IMG/VR virus record: IMGVR_UViG_3300045988_147517
Span: 55,186-119,185 of that record
Length of the DNA: 64,000 bases
Direction: 5' to 3' (one strand)
Source: a virus
The position numbers and the translations under genes are program-made. Positions within the stretch are counted from its first letter, which is position 1. Every line of letters begins with the position of its first letter. Shown here piece after piece: positions 54,111 to 64,000 of the stretch. The notes under the pieces are model-generated. The model saw only the letters and a list, made by a program, of their open reading frames with translations. It ran no database searches and was not told the origin of the DNA.

Positions 54111-55187
54111 ATGGCTGGAAGATATGTTGGAGAAGCGTTAGTATCTGTTGCTGATGTAAAAATGCTGGATACAAAAACCGGAGTTGAAATCGGTGAAGCT
54201 ATTGCTCTGACAAGTTCAGGTATTGAATCGACTACTCAAAATGTTGAAGTTAGTGGTGGTTTCTTAAACTCCCTGCTTTTCGATATTCGTTTTGGTAGAC
54301 GTGTAAACCTGACTCTTGAAAGTGCAACATTTAAAATGGAATACTTGGCGTTTCAAACAGGTACAGTTATCAGCAGAGCAGTACGTAATGTATATGAATT
54401 TAATGATTGTCAAACAGCGGCAACTGAAACACTTACATTAAAACATACTCCTACTGATAAAGTACACGTTGTTTATGATGATGGTAACGTAGAAGATTTA
54501 AGCGCCACTGCTAATACTATTACTATTCCTACAAAATATGTAGGAACTCAGGTAATGGCAAGTTACTACTATGGTGGTGAATTTGAAAACATCACCGTTG
54601 ATGCAACCACCGAACCTATGACTGTTACACTTTTAATGAATATTAGAAGTAGAAAACAAAATGGTACTACAGGGACTTATCAAGTTTCTATTCCATTATT
54701 TAAGTTTGATGGTAACTTTAACTTAACATTTACATCAGACGGTGTTTCTGCTATGTCTATTGCTGGTAGTTCTCTTGCTTATACTCAGGATTGTGGTAAG
54801 ATGAAATATTGCGACTGGACATATATTCCTGATGACCCAGATACTTATGTACCAGCAGAAATTATTGCTGTACCAAGCAAGTATTCACTCTCAGTTGGAC
54901 AGAAAGTTACCCCATACGTTGTTGGTGTACGTAATCCACCTTACGCAAATGTTACATTGACTGAAAATCTAACTTTTGCTACTGACCATAGTGAAATTGC
55001 AGATGTATCTACTCCGGGTGGTGTTATTACAGCGGTTGCTCCGGGCAACGCAGTTATCACTGTAACCTATACACCTCCTGTTGCAGGAGAAGACCCAAGA
55101 ATTACTACAATTGCAGTTACTGTTGCTGGCGCTTCAAGTGCTAGTGAAGTTGGCTTAGCAAAAGTAGGAGAAGCGAAAGTTAAATAA
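54111..55187 (+). CDS. major tail (tube) protein with C-terminal Ig-like (Big_2-type) domain
   Basis: Position; C-terminal ...LSVGQKVTPYVVG...ADVSTPGGVITAVAPGNAVITVTY is a typical Big_2 pattern. Confidence 0.55.
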   Translation: MAGRYVGEALVSVADVKMLDTKTGVEIGEAIALTSSGIESTTQNVEVSGGFLNSLLFDIRFGRRVNLTLESATFKMEYLAFQTGTVISRAVRNVYEFNDCQTAATETLTLKHTPTDKVHVVYDDGNVEDLSATANTITIPTKYVGTQVMASYYYGGEFENITVDATTEPMTVTLLMNIRSRKQNGTTGTYQVSIPLFKFDGNFNLTFTSDGVSAMSIAGSSLAYTQDCGKMKYCDWTYIPDDPDTYVPAEIIAVPSKYSLSVGQKVTPYVVGVRNPPYANVTLTENLTFATDHSEIADVSTPGGVITAVAPGNAVITVTYTPPVAGEDPRITTIAVTVAGASSASEVGLAKVGEAKVK

Positions 55188-55202
55188 TAAGGGGGAAGTA
55201 TT

Positions 55203-55670
55203 ATGGCTTATGTAAAAACTGATTGGCAAACAGGCGATACTATTACGGCAGATTTATTGAATCACATGGAACAGGGTATTGCTGACTATCAGGTAGGCCC
55301 TACTGGCGAACCCGGTAAAAACGGCACAGATGGTGCTCCGGGCGCTCCCGGTGAAGCCGCTACTGTTACAGTAGGAACGGTTGTCGCTGGTGAACCCGGT
55401 ACAAACCCAATTGTTACAAATAGTGGAACTACGAGCGCCGCCGTATTTAATTTTACAATTCCAAAGGGAGAACCCGGTGCCGCAGGAGCAAAAGGTGAGC
55501 AAGGCAATCCAGGTGCCAAAGGTGACCCAGGCGCGAAGGGTGAACAGGGTGTTGGTGTAAAATCTATTGCCCTAACTACTGACGAAAGTGGTAAAGTTAC
55601 CGGAGGTACTTTAACCTTAACCAATAATGACACCTCTGCCATTACGGTTTCGGTTTCACCAGCCGTTTAA
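55203..55670 (+). CDS. collagen-like repeat (fibre) protein
   Basis: Two G-X-Y runs (GPTGEPGKNGTDGAPGAPGEA; GEPGAAGAKGEQGNPGAKGDPGAKGEQG). Confidence 0.75.
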   Translation: MAYVKTDWQTGDTITADLLNHMEQGIADYQVGPTGEPGKNGTDGAPGAPGEAATVTVGTVVAGEPGTNPIVTNSGTTSAAVFNFTIPKGEPGAAGAKGEQGNPGAKGDPGAKGEQGVGVKSIALTTDESGKVTGGTLTLTNNDTSAITVSVSPAV

Positions 55671-55686
55671 TAGTAATAATTAGCTC

Positions 55687-55713
55687 AAAGGGGAGAAAAG
55701 CACACTCCCCTTT
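55687..55713 (+). terminator. hairpin terminator (weak T tract)
   Basis: AAAGGGGAG / CTCCCCTTT stem. Confidence 0.4.
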
Positions 55714-55775
55714 AAATAGTTAAAAGTTACCAATTATACGAAAACTAATTGAAGGGTATAATGTGGTGATTGAAT

Positions 55776-56078
55776 ATGTTTCAGATTGAAGGTACTATTC
55801 TCTTATCTCTATTAAGCGCCGCTATAGGTGCCGCAGGCTTCTGGTTCGCTCGTAAAAAAGACAGTGTAGAACAAGGACAGATGAGTGGGAGTTTAATGAC
55901 AGAACTCGGTTATCTTAAGTCAAGTATGGATGCGGCGAATAAAAAGTTAGACAAACAAGATGAACGGAATATTCGCATAGAAGAACGACTTAGTAGATAT
56001 GAAGAGAGCACTAAACAATCTCACAGACGTTTAGATGCGTTGGAACGTCGAGTGGAGTGCTTAGAAAAGGAGGAATAG
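55776..56078 (+). CDS. membrane protein with coiled-coil tail (holin-associated?)
   Basis: One N-terminal TM then a charged helix; ATG 55776. Confidence 0.45.
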   Translation: MFQIEGTILLSLLSAAIGAAGFWFARKKDSVEQGQMSGSLMTELGYLKSSMDAANKKLDKQDERNIRIEERLSRYEESTKQSHRRLDALERRVECLEKEE

Positions 56079-56081
56079 TTT

Positions 56082-56408
56082 ATGGACTTAAACCAATTTT
56101 TTACAATAGATATGATTGGTACAATGGCTGGAATGACCGCTTTTGTAATGTTGTTAACACAAATTACTAAATGGATTGTTTCAGGTACAGCCGTTGAAAA
56201 ATTAAACACTAAATGGTATGCATTATTTTGGTCGCTGATTGGTAATGGCGCGATACTTGTGTTCTCGCAAGATATGAATGCACAATCTATATTTAGTGCA
56301 ATAATTAATGTGTTGTTAGTGGCCGCAGCGGCTACAGGTGTATTTGATGGCGCTAGAACCATTCAAACCACAGCACAAAAGAAAACAGAAGGAGCAAGTG
56401 GGGAATAA
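56082..56408 (+). CDS. putative holin
   Basis: 108 aa, 2-3 TM segments, charged C-terminus. Confidence 0.5.
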   Translation: MDLNQFFTIDMIGTMAGMTAFVMLLTQITKWIVSGTAVEKLNTKWYALFWSLIGNGAILVFSQDMNAQSIFSAIINVLLVAAAATGVFDGARTIQTTAQKKTEGASGE

Positions 56409-56428
56409 AATTCCCCACCCTTTTATTT

Positions 56429-57055
56429 ATGAAAATTTTAGGATTAGATTTAAGTACGAAAAAGACTGGATGGGCTTTTTTTGACGGTAATAAATTAATA
56501 GATTATGGAATGATTTCATGTGACCATAAGGATGCGCGGGTAAGGACACTTTTTATTCGTGATGAGGTAAAAAAAATTATAGAAGAAAAAGCAATTGAGC
56601 GTGTTGTTTTGGAAGAATTAAAAGTTGGATTTGGACATGCAACCTCCAATTTTATTACAGTTATAAGATTGGCTGTATTACAAGGGTGTATATTGAGTGC
56701 TTGCAGTGACGAGGGGGCGGAATTCATCACATATGACCCAGCGGTATGGCGAAAATTAACACAAACAAGTTTGAAAAAAATAAAATGTAAGACATGTGGG
56801 TGGTCAGATGAATTCGTTGCAGGAGAAAGTGTGGATGTTTGTCCTCAATGTGGGGAAAAACGTAAAAGCTACATTGACTCTAAATATTGTAATACTCGAT
56901 TGGATTTAAAACAACTTGCTGTAAAAATCGTTAATGAAAGATATGGATTAAAATTAGAATTTTATCCACGAAATACGAAGAAAAATATAAGTCAAGACGA
57001 TATTGCAGAGGCTATTCTTGTTGCTCAAGCACATATAAATGAGTTAAACTTATAA
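56429..57055 (+). CDS. RuvC-like Holliday junction resolvase with an inserted zinc ribbon
   Basis: MKILGLDLSTKKTGWAFF (first catalytic Asp), LEEL, QDDIAEA; CKTCGW...CPQCG insertion. Confidence 0.6.
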   Translation: MKILGLDLSTKKTGWAFFDGNKLIDYGMISCDHKDARVRTLFIRDEVKKIIEEKAIERVVLEELKVGFGHATSNFITVIRLAVLQGCILSACSDEGAEFITYDPAVWRKLTQTSLKKIKCKTCGWSDEFVAGESVDVCPQCGEKRKSYIDSKYCNTRLDLKQLAVKIVNERYGLKLEFYPRNTKKNISQDDIAEAILVAQAHINELNL

Positions 57056-57072
57056 GAAGAGAGGTATTTATT

Positions 57073-57654
57073 ATGTTTGATAAAAAAGTTTTATTAGAAA
57101 TACCAGAGGAACGAAAAATTATTAAAAAGCGTATCGGTGGCAAAGAAATACAAATGTATGATGCTATAGAGGAAAATGAAATCATCTTAGCAGTAGGGCA
57201 AGCGCTATCTTCTTATAGCAAAGATACTTTTCAAAACGATAAAGATATGTATTTAACTCCTATTGAATTATATGCTAACTTAGATATTTTAATCACTCAG
57301 TTATGTACAAATATTGATGTTGAAGATTTTGATTTTAATTCTATGTGCAGTTTGGGTCTTCATGATTTTTTAAAAAAAAATCTAAAAGGTTATAGCATAG
57401 CAGAGAATGCGGTTAAGATTGGTGTGCAACATGTTCATACCTATAAAACATTAGAAGTGCTAGACCACGTTGCGAGTATTGATGAATTAGAAGAAAATGA
57501 AGAAAAATTAAAAATTTTACTTGAAGATGGCATACCAGAAAATGTAAGAGATTTGATTTTGGCTCAACTTGTGGATAGCCCGTCTGTTGGAAAATTTTAT
57601 GACGAATTTAATGCGGCAATGGTAGGAGAAGAAAAAGATGGACTTGACAAATGA
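57073..57654 (+). CDS. hypothetical protein (tail-chaperone position)
   Basis: 193-aa acidic ORF. Confidence 0.5.
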   Translation: MFDKKVLLEIPEERKIIKKRIGGKEIQMYDAIEENEIILAVGQALSSYSKDTFQNDKDMYLTPIELYANLDILITQLCTNIDVEDFDFNSMCSLGLHDFLKKNLKGYSIAENAVKIGVQHVHTYKTLEVLDHVASIDELEENEEKLKILLEDGIPENVRDLILAQLVDSPSVGKFYDEFNAAMVGEEKDGLDK

Positions 57655-58114
57655 CGCTCAAGTAATGGATGCTCTTTCTAGTGGGCCGTTAAAAGACGGA
57701 ATCCAAGAATTAATGGAAGAAATATCACTCGACTTATTTGATATTGTTTCTAGCCAAGCATACCATGGAAGTAGTTCATATGAAGAAACGGGTGACCTTA
57801 GAAATTCAGTAATGGTTGGAGAAGAAATTGTTACTGGTGGCGGTGGTGTCGCAGAAGGTGAAACTGGTATGAATCCTTCTAAAATTCATGCAAATTATGT
57901 TGGTGATGGCATGTTTAATCAACATATGAGTTTTAACGGAGATGGCGTTGCAGATATGATTATTCCTTGGTTTGAAGGGGATGTTGGCAACTCTAGCCCA
58001 TATTTTCATGGCGCTGTTCATATGTTAAAACAGGCATATATGAATGGCCAAAGTAAAATAAAGCCATGTCTTGCTCGTGCTTTTGCCGCCGCAGGAATGA
58101 AATTGACAGGGTGA
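57638..58114 (+). CDS. HK97 gp10-like morphogenesis protein (tentative)
   Basis: ETGDLRNSVMV resembles the TGxLRxS motif of that family; has its own AGGAG RBS. Confidence 0.4.
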   Translation: MDLTNDAQVMDALSSGPLKDGIQELMEEISLDLFDIVSSQAYHGSSSYEETGDLRNSVMVGEEIVTGGGGVAEGETGMNPSKIHANYVGDGMFNQHMSFNGDGVADMIIPWFEGDVGNSSPYFHGAVHMLKQAYMNGQSKIKPCLARAFAAAGMKLTG

Positions 58115-58118
58115 TAAT

Positions 58119-59156
58119 ATGTCAGGAAGAAAAACAGTTTATAATAATATTGTAACAAATGAAGATTGGGAAGAAGTTTGTGAACATAATAAAGATTTGG
58201 TAGAAGAATTTAACCAATATAATAAAAGTGTTGACCGTTCTCCACAAACTATCAAGCAATATAATTATCAGCTTAGGATATTTTTTATTTGGAACTTAAA
58301 GTATAACAAAAATAAACCTTTCTATAAAGTTAAAAAAAGAGATTTCATAAAATATTTTGGATGGGTAAGTGAAGAACTTGGCGCTAGTCCAAATAGGATT
58401 GCATCTTTAAGGGCAGTTTTAAGTAGCCTGTCCAATTATATTGAACGGTTTTTAGACGAAGAAGATGAATATGAAAGTTTTAGAAATGTTGTCAAAATTA
58501 TAGAAGCCCCAACAAAAATAGCGGTTAGAAAGAAAAGTGTTTTTTCTGAGGAAGAAATAAATGATTTATTGAACAATCTTGTCAAGAATGAAAAGTATCA
58601 AATTGCCTGTTGCCTTGCGTTGGCAGTTGCTAGTGGAAGTAGAAAAAGCGAACTCATTCAGTTTAAGTGTGATTGGTTTAATGAAGATAATATTGTATTA
58701 GGATGTATGTACAAAACACCTGAAACGATTAGGACAAAGGGCCGAGGAAAAATGGGGAAACCGTTAGAAAAGTACACTTTTGTTAAACAGTTTAAACCTT
58801 ATTATGATATGTGGATGATGGAGCGCCAAAAACTCGGTATAGAGAGTGAATGGCTTTTTGTACGGCTTGTAAATGGAGATTGGGTTCAGGCGATAGATGA
58901 TACGTTATCTTCATGGGCTGATACAATCAATCGTTATACAGAAAAAGATTTTTACTTTCATGCTAACCGTCATTTATGGACAACCAATCTTAAACGTGCT
59001 GGTATTCCATCAGATGTGATAAAAGAATTGCAAGGATGGGAGAGCGAAGAAATGGTCAGTGTTTATTCTGACCTAGACGTTTCTGAAACGTTAAAAAAAT
59101 ATTTTGATGAGAATGGGATAAAGAAAATAAATCAAACAAATCTGACCGACTTATAG
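58119..59156 (+). CDS. second tyrosine recombinase
   Basis: SGSRKSEL (Arg), HANRHLWTT (HxxR), LQGWESEEMVSVYSD (Trp...Tyr). Confidence 0.75.
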   Translation: MSGRKTVYNNIVTNEDWEEVCEHNKDLVEEFNQYNKSVDRSPQTIKQYNYQLRIFFIWNLKYNKNKPFYKVKKRDFIKYFGWVSEELGASPNRIASLRAVLSSLSNYIERFLDEEDEYESFRNVVKIIEAPTKIAVRKKSVFSEEEINDLLNNLVKNEKYQIACCLALAVASGSRKSELIQFKCDWFNEDNIVLGCMYKTPETIRTKGRGKMGKPLEKYTFVKQFKPYYDMWMMERQKLGIESEWLFVRLVNGDWVQAIDDTLSSWADTINRYTEKDFYFHANRHLWTTNLKRAGIPSDVIKELQGWESEEMVSVYSDLDVSETLKKYFDENGIKKINQTNLTDL

Positions 59157-59179
59157 ACCCCATTCGGAAGAGGATTTAA

Positions 59180-59938
59180 ATGGCTATAAGTAGAGAGTAT
59201 AAGGTTAAGATAAAGGCTACTGTTGACCCTAGTGAAATTTCTAAACAAATAGAGGCCTTAAGTAAAAATAGTAAAATAAAATTTGATACTGGCGGTATTG
59301 ATGCGGTTGGTAAAAGTGTTGGAAATACGAGCAAACAAGTTAAAGGATTAGGAACTCTAGTAGATGGAGTGTTTGGAAAATTTAACTTATGGTATGGAAT
59401 TGCTCAACTTTCTCACCAAATCTATAGTGCAATTGGAGACGTTGTAACCAATACGATAAAACTAGATACTGCAATGACAGGTTTAGCAAAAGTAAGCGAT
59501 ATGTCAAAACAGGATTTAACAGCGTTTGCTAAATCTGCTGGCGAAGCAGGGGTTGAAATAGGAAAAACAACAACTCAGATGATTGACGCGGCTACAGTGT
59601 TTGCACAGGCTGGATGGAGTGACCCGGGCGAATTGCAACAACTCGCCACTATGGCTGGTATGTTTACTAATATCGCAGACACTCAGACGAGTACGGCAGA
59701 ATCCGCAGAATTTTTAATTGCTACTATGAAGGCATTTAATTTGACAGCCGATGACACAGAGCATATTATTGATGCGGTTAATGAAGTATCAAATAAATAC
59801 GCAGTAAGTTCGGGTGACCTTGCATCATCTGTTGGTAGAGTTGCTTCTACACTTGCTATTTCTGGTACAACGCTAGAACAGACCTTAGGGTTAATGACCG
59901 GGGCGACAGAGATTGTCAGAAATCCGGGAAAAGTGGCT
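59180..59938 (+). CDS. tail tape measure protein, exon 1
   Basis: Typical TMP N-terminal region; ends ...RNPGKVA, followed by an in-frame TAA at the start of the intron. Confidence 0.7.
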
Positions 59939-60241
59939 TAATTTTAGGTCGGATATATGGTAACATATATTCAAAAACACTCTAATTGACGGGAAACCCC
60001 TTAGAGCTTTATCAACCAACCTATGATGGTGACATACATAGGGGCTTGACGTAATGGTTAAGGTATGGTAAAATAGATAAAGATTGGGCAATCCGCAACC
60101 AAGCATCTCAATGAGATGAAGGCTCAACGACTATCCGAGAGGAGTACATATCAAGTGATGTGGAAATGGGTGTCCCCTCACATGAGGGTGAAGATATAGT
60201 CTAGTCCCCTAACAAATATCGGGAAACCGAGGGTAGAAACG
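59939..60241 (+). mobile_element. group I intron (303 nt, no ORF), paralogue of 30692-30965
   Basis: A 52-nt block at 60184-60235 is identical to 30908-30959 (GAGGGTGAAGATATAGTCTAGTCCCCTAACAAATATCGGGAAACCGAGGGTA). It shares AACGACTATCCG, the 5' TAAT start and the 3' AACG end. Confidence 0.75.
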
Positions 60242-63200
60242 AATGGTTTAAAAACAATTTCATTGAGGTTACAAGGAATGACAGAGGCCGCTGATGGTTC
60301 GGTAGAATCAGTGGATGGCTTGTCATCAAAAATGCAAGAAGAATTTAGTCAAATTGGTGTAAGTATAACAGATGCTAACGGTCAAATTCGAAGCACTTAC
60401 GATATATTAACTGATATAGGTGCACAATGGCCAAACCTAACACAGAATCAGAAAGCATATTACGCAGAATTGGCCGCGGGCAAAAACCAAGCGAACATTT
60501 TTATTGCGTTAATGGATAATATCGGCACCGCTGTAGCCGCTACAGCAACAGCTTATGATAGCGCTGGTTCTGCCGCAGAAGAAAATGCTAAACGAATGGA
60601 CTCTATTCAAGGTCATATTGAAAAATTTCAAGCCGCATGGGAAAAGTTTACGACATCTTTTGCCGACAGTGATTTAATAAAGAATATTATTGATATGGGA
60701 ACTGCGCTAGTTGAATTTGGAACTACTGATACCGGGAAAGCCGTACTTGGCTTAACGGCTATCACTGGTGCTTTTATAAAACTTAAATCTGTGTTTTCTG
60801 GGATAAAAGCTTTGTCGTCCGGCACATCATTACTTGAATCTTTATTTGGCGCTGGTAGTGCCGTTTCAACTGCTAAGAATGCAGAAAAAGCTATTGAAGG
60901 TGTTGGCAAGACAGCAAAGAATACTATGAGAGATGCCGCTGATGCGGGAGATACACTTTTTGACGTATTTGCTAATATTAGAAGAGGTGCAGACAATTCA
61001 GGAAAAGCGGTAGAGAGTGTAGCGGGTAATACGAAGAACTTAGCAAAAGCCGCTGGTGAAACCGCAGAAGAAGTTGCTAAAGTAGGAGCAGAGTCTACAA
61101 AAGCGGCTACAAGTGGTGGAATGCTTTCGAAAGCATTAACTGCTATAGGCGGCCCTACAACTTTAGCTATTGGCGCGTCTGTTTTAGCTATTGGTGGCAT
61201 GGTTTATGCAATGGATAGGGCATCAAAGGCCGCTGGCGAACATCAAGATGCTTTGGTTGAAGATGCTCAAAATACAAAAAAAGCATACGATAATACAACA
61301 AAAGCAATTGAAACAAACGATAAAAGAATCGCTCAGTTAAAAGAAACTATTGCGGGGATTCAAGAAAAGGGAGAATTGACCCTTGTTGATGAACAAAATT
61401 TAAAAAATGCTCAACGTGAATTATCACAGTTAGAATTACAACAAGATGGTTTACGAAAAAAACAAAAGCGTCAGCAAGAAGAGAATCAAAGGGCAAATGA
61501 GAGGGCTTTAAAGGAAACTTCTAAGATTAGTGCTTTTAGTGGGCTTGGTTCTTTAACCGGAAAAGATGTGACTATTCCTCAAGAAGCTGATGAAATTATC
61601 AAAGCAATGAGTCAACTTCAAGCATCTTGGACTGAGACGGGAGAAATTGGGAAAAGAGTTAATGAGGGAACCTTTAAAAAACAACAGGAAGAACTTGAGA
61701 ATACTCGCCAACGTATGATTGAATTACGGGAAGGGTTTGAAGTTGGAAGTGAAGGATACGATTTGCTTACTTCTAAAATTTCTAACATAGATAATTATTT
61801 AGATAGAACCGCTCCTCTCATGGAAAGAAACGTAGAAGCCGCAAAGAAATATGGAAACGCTTTAGTCCAAATGGGAGATGAATCGAAATCCGTAAAAGAT
61901 ATTGCAACCAATTTAAACGACCTCACTTCTGCTCATGCGTCTGGCGTACTAAGCACTGAAAATTATATATCAGAACTTAGAAATGGAATAGACCTAATGG
62001 CTTCAACAACTGAAGTAGCGGGATACAAGATAAAAGATATCTTGAATATGTCTGACCGAGAATTTCAAAACTTATCTTCATCTGAACGTGAACAAGTTCT
62101 TGCGGCACAAACTGCGTGGACTATGTATTCAGACACCTTACAGACAACATTAGAAAATGCTCAGGTTGCATATGATTCGACTGGAGAAAGTGGCGTAGAA
62201 AGTTTCAACACTATAAATGATTCAGCTAGAGCGGCACTGGATGTTATTACTGAACAAGAGGGGTTAACAGGAAGTATCGAAGAAGGTTGGTCTGGTGGTA
62301 GCCAAGCCGCTAGAGATTACGCAAATAATTTAAGTAATGTTATTCGAGAAATGGATAGTCTTAGTGGCGCTCAAGATTTGGTGTCTGAAAGCTCAGACTT
62401 AATGCATCAAATCATGTCCGATAATATCAATGGAATGAGTACCGAAGTATGGGAAGGAACAGAAGCAGGAAAACAAGCTTTGGCGGATTTTAGTGCTGGC
62501 GCACAGACTAGTTTACAAGAATTACAAGATAGTAATGATACTGCTTGGCAAACATTTAAATCTACTATTGAAGAAAGCACAAGTGGTGCATACGATGCTC
62601 TTATTGACGAAAATGGAAGGCTACGTGATGACATTCAACTAACAGGCGACCAATCTGTAGATGTTTTTAGTGCTTTACAAAGTTTGCTAGAGAGCAATGT
62701 TCCCGGAGCCGCTGAGTTTGCGGCGGGTGCTTTGGCTACAATTGGTCAGACCGCTACAGATAATACTGCTCATCAAGATGCTTTGAATAATTCTATTCAG
62801 TCAACTGGTAGTATGTCAGAGTCTGCGGCAAGTGTCTCTACTGGTGCATGGGGTGGAACAGCCGCCGCTGTTGATAATACTAAAAACAAAACTGGATTAT
62901 TGGGCGGTGCATTTAGTACGGCTGGTTCACAAGGTAGTAGTGCTGGTACTAATATTGCTGGAAAATTTGGAGAAGCTTCTGGTCAAATTGATGGCGCAAA
63001 AGGTAGTACAGACCAACTATCTGGTTCTATGCAAGGTGTTGGTTCTAGTGCTGATGGCGCAAAAGGTAGCGTTGGTGGATTATCTGATGCTATTAATGCC
63101 GTTCCAAGATTTGTTGAAGTCGTCTTTAATGTTGTACAAAATGTAACAAAAAGTATAAAAGAAGTTTTCTCTGGTCAAAAAGCAACTGGCGATGACTATA

Positions 63201-64000
63201 TCGACGAAACAGGTGCTTACCTTGTCGGAGAAAACGGGCCAGAGTTAGTAACGCTACCTCGTGGAGCGGGCGTAGCAAATGCTAGAGAAACTCATAATTT
63301 TAGAAATATGTTACGAAATGGTCGTGGTGGTTCCGGTGGTATGGTTTCAATAGGCTCAGGAGCCTCGGATGAGTTGGAAAAAACTGCCAAGAATCTATTA
63401 AAAGCTACCAGAACTCTTAATGCTAATGTACTTTCCCTTGGGGTTAATAAGCAGGCCACACCATCTGTTGCAAGTTCTTCTACTGGAGGAGTACAAGCTC
63501 GTGCCGCTTCATACGATGACCCTCATAAGAAGAATTTCGATGCCGCTTATGATGAGCTTAAGTATCTTCAAGACATGGATAGAATCAGCGAAGCGGATTA
63601 CCTTAATCGTCTTGAAAATCTTAACAATTCCTACTTTGGCGGCAGGATGGAATACCTTGAAGAATATCGTAAGTATGAAGTTGAAGTATATAAAGGTCGT
63701 AAGAAACTTCAAGAGCAGGCAGAACGCGATAGGGAAAAGGCTGAAAAAGACCGGATACAATCCGTCAAAGACAACTTCAAGAAAGAAGAAGATGCTCTTG
63801 AATACATGAGGGATAAAGACCTTATCACAGAAGAAGAGTACTATCGTCAACTAGCCGCGCTAAACGATAAATATTACAAAGGTAAAACAGAGTTCTTAGA
63901 CGAATATCAAAAATATGAGATTAAGGTATATGAATATCTTAAGAAAAAAGAAGAAGAACGTCTAAAAGAACTTAAAGAGCAAACAGAAAAACAATATGAA
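60242..64000 (+). CDS. tail tape measure protein, exon 2 (runs off right edge)
   Basis: Frame spot-checked open at many points from 60242 to 64000. Begins NGLKTISLRLQGM, the typical TMP core motif. Confidence 0.7.

Noticed and set aside
55254-55642. Two minus-strand ORFs opposite the collagen-like gene
   Set aside because: They are antisense translations of G-X-Y repeats, and the sense frame has a clear collagen signature.
57628-57654. Possible -1 programmed frameshift between 57073..57654 and 57638..58114, in the style of the tail chaperone G/GT pair
   Set aside because: The downstream ORF is in the +1 frame, not -1. There is no X_XXY_YYZ heptamer in the zero frame, and the second ORF has its own AGGAG RBS and ATG.
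59891-60127. 78-aa minus-strand ORF overlapping the tape measure intron
   Set aside because: Antisense, with no recognisable motif. It spans the exon-intron boundary, so it is most likely spurious.
60628-63850. Shadow ORFs within the tape measure gene (60628..61200 and 62407..62634 minus; 62832..63146 and 63420..63809 plus; 63509..63850 minus)
   Set aside because: All overlap the long open TMP frame. Their Ala/Ser/Pro or Leu/Val-rich compositions are typical of off-frame translations of an Ala/Gly/Lys-rich gene.

Overview
An AT-rich dsDNA phage or prophage segment with Firmicute-type expression signals. All calls come from reading the sequence and recalling motifs; nothing was searched or folded.

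Left arm, 1-28.0 kb, transcribed leftward:
- About 50 small early or accessory genes.
- Many are single-gene cassettes: a near-consensus sigma-A promoter (TTGACA-17-TGTATAAT), a conserved leader and a hairpin terminator.
- Recognisable products: macrodomain, ADP-ribosylglycohydrolase, SprT-like protease, an NTase-fold protein, a tyrosine recombinase, a PcfJ-like protein, a J-domain protein, a SAM methyltransferase, very acidic possible DNA mimics, and tRNA-Ile(UAU).
- Three long ORF-free tracts (10.9-12.3, 20.4-21.25 and 24.1-26.5 kb) share repeat modules.
- The third tract ends in a GC-rich, hairpin-dense segment of about 0.45 kb. Next to it are 4 perfect plus 2 near-perfect DnaA boxes, beside an SF2-helicase-like gene. 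This looks like an origin.

Right arm, 28.1-64 kb, transcribed rightward:
- A YonO/RdRP-like single-subunit RNA polymerase, tRNA-Gln and tRNA-Thr, a DUF2828-like/vWA protein, HU and a metallophosphoesterase.
- Then a siphovirus-type packaging, head and tail module. It ends in a tape measure gene of more than 1500 aa that runs off the window.

Most striking points:
1. Three self-splicing elements. Two paralogous ORF-less group I introns split the RNA polymerase and the tape measure gene. A LAGLIDADG intein sits in the terminase P-loop.
2. Paired enzymes that reverse ADP-ribosylation.
3. The DnaA-box cluster with the adjacent structured region.
4. An A7-tract frameshift joining two ORFs.
5. A second tyrosine recombinase and other cargo inserted between the tail tube gene and the tape measure gene.

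No rRNA, CRISPR array or transposase was seen.
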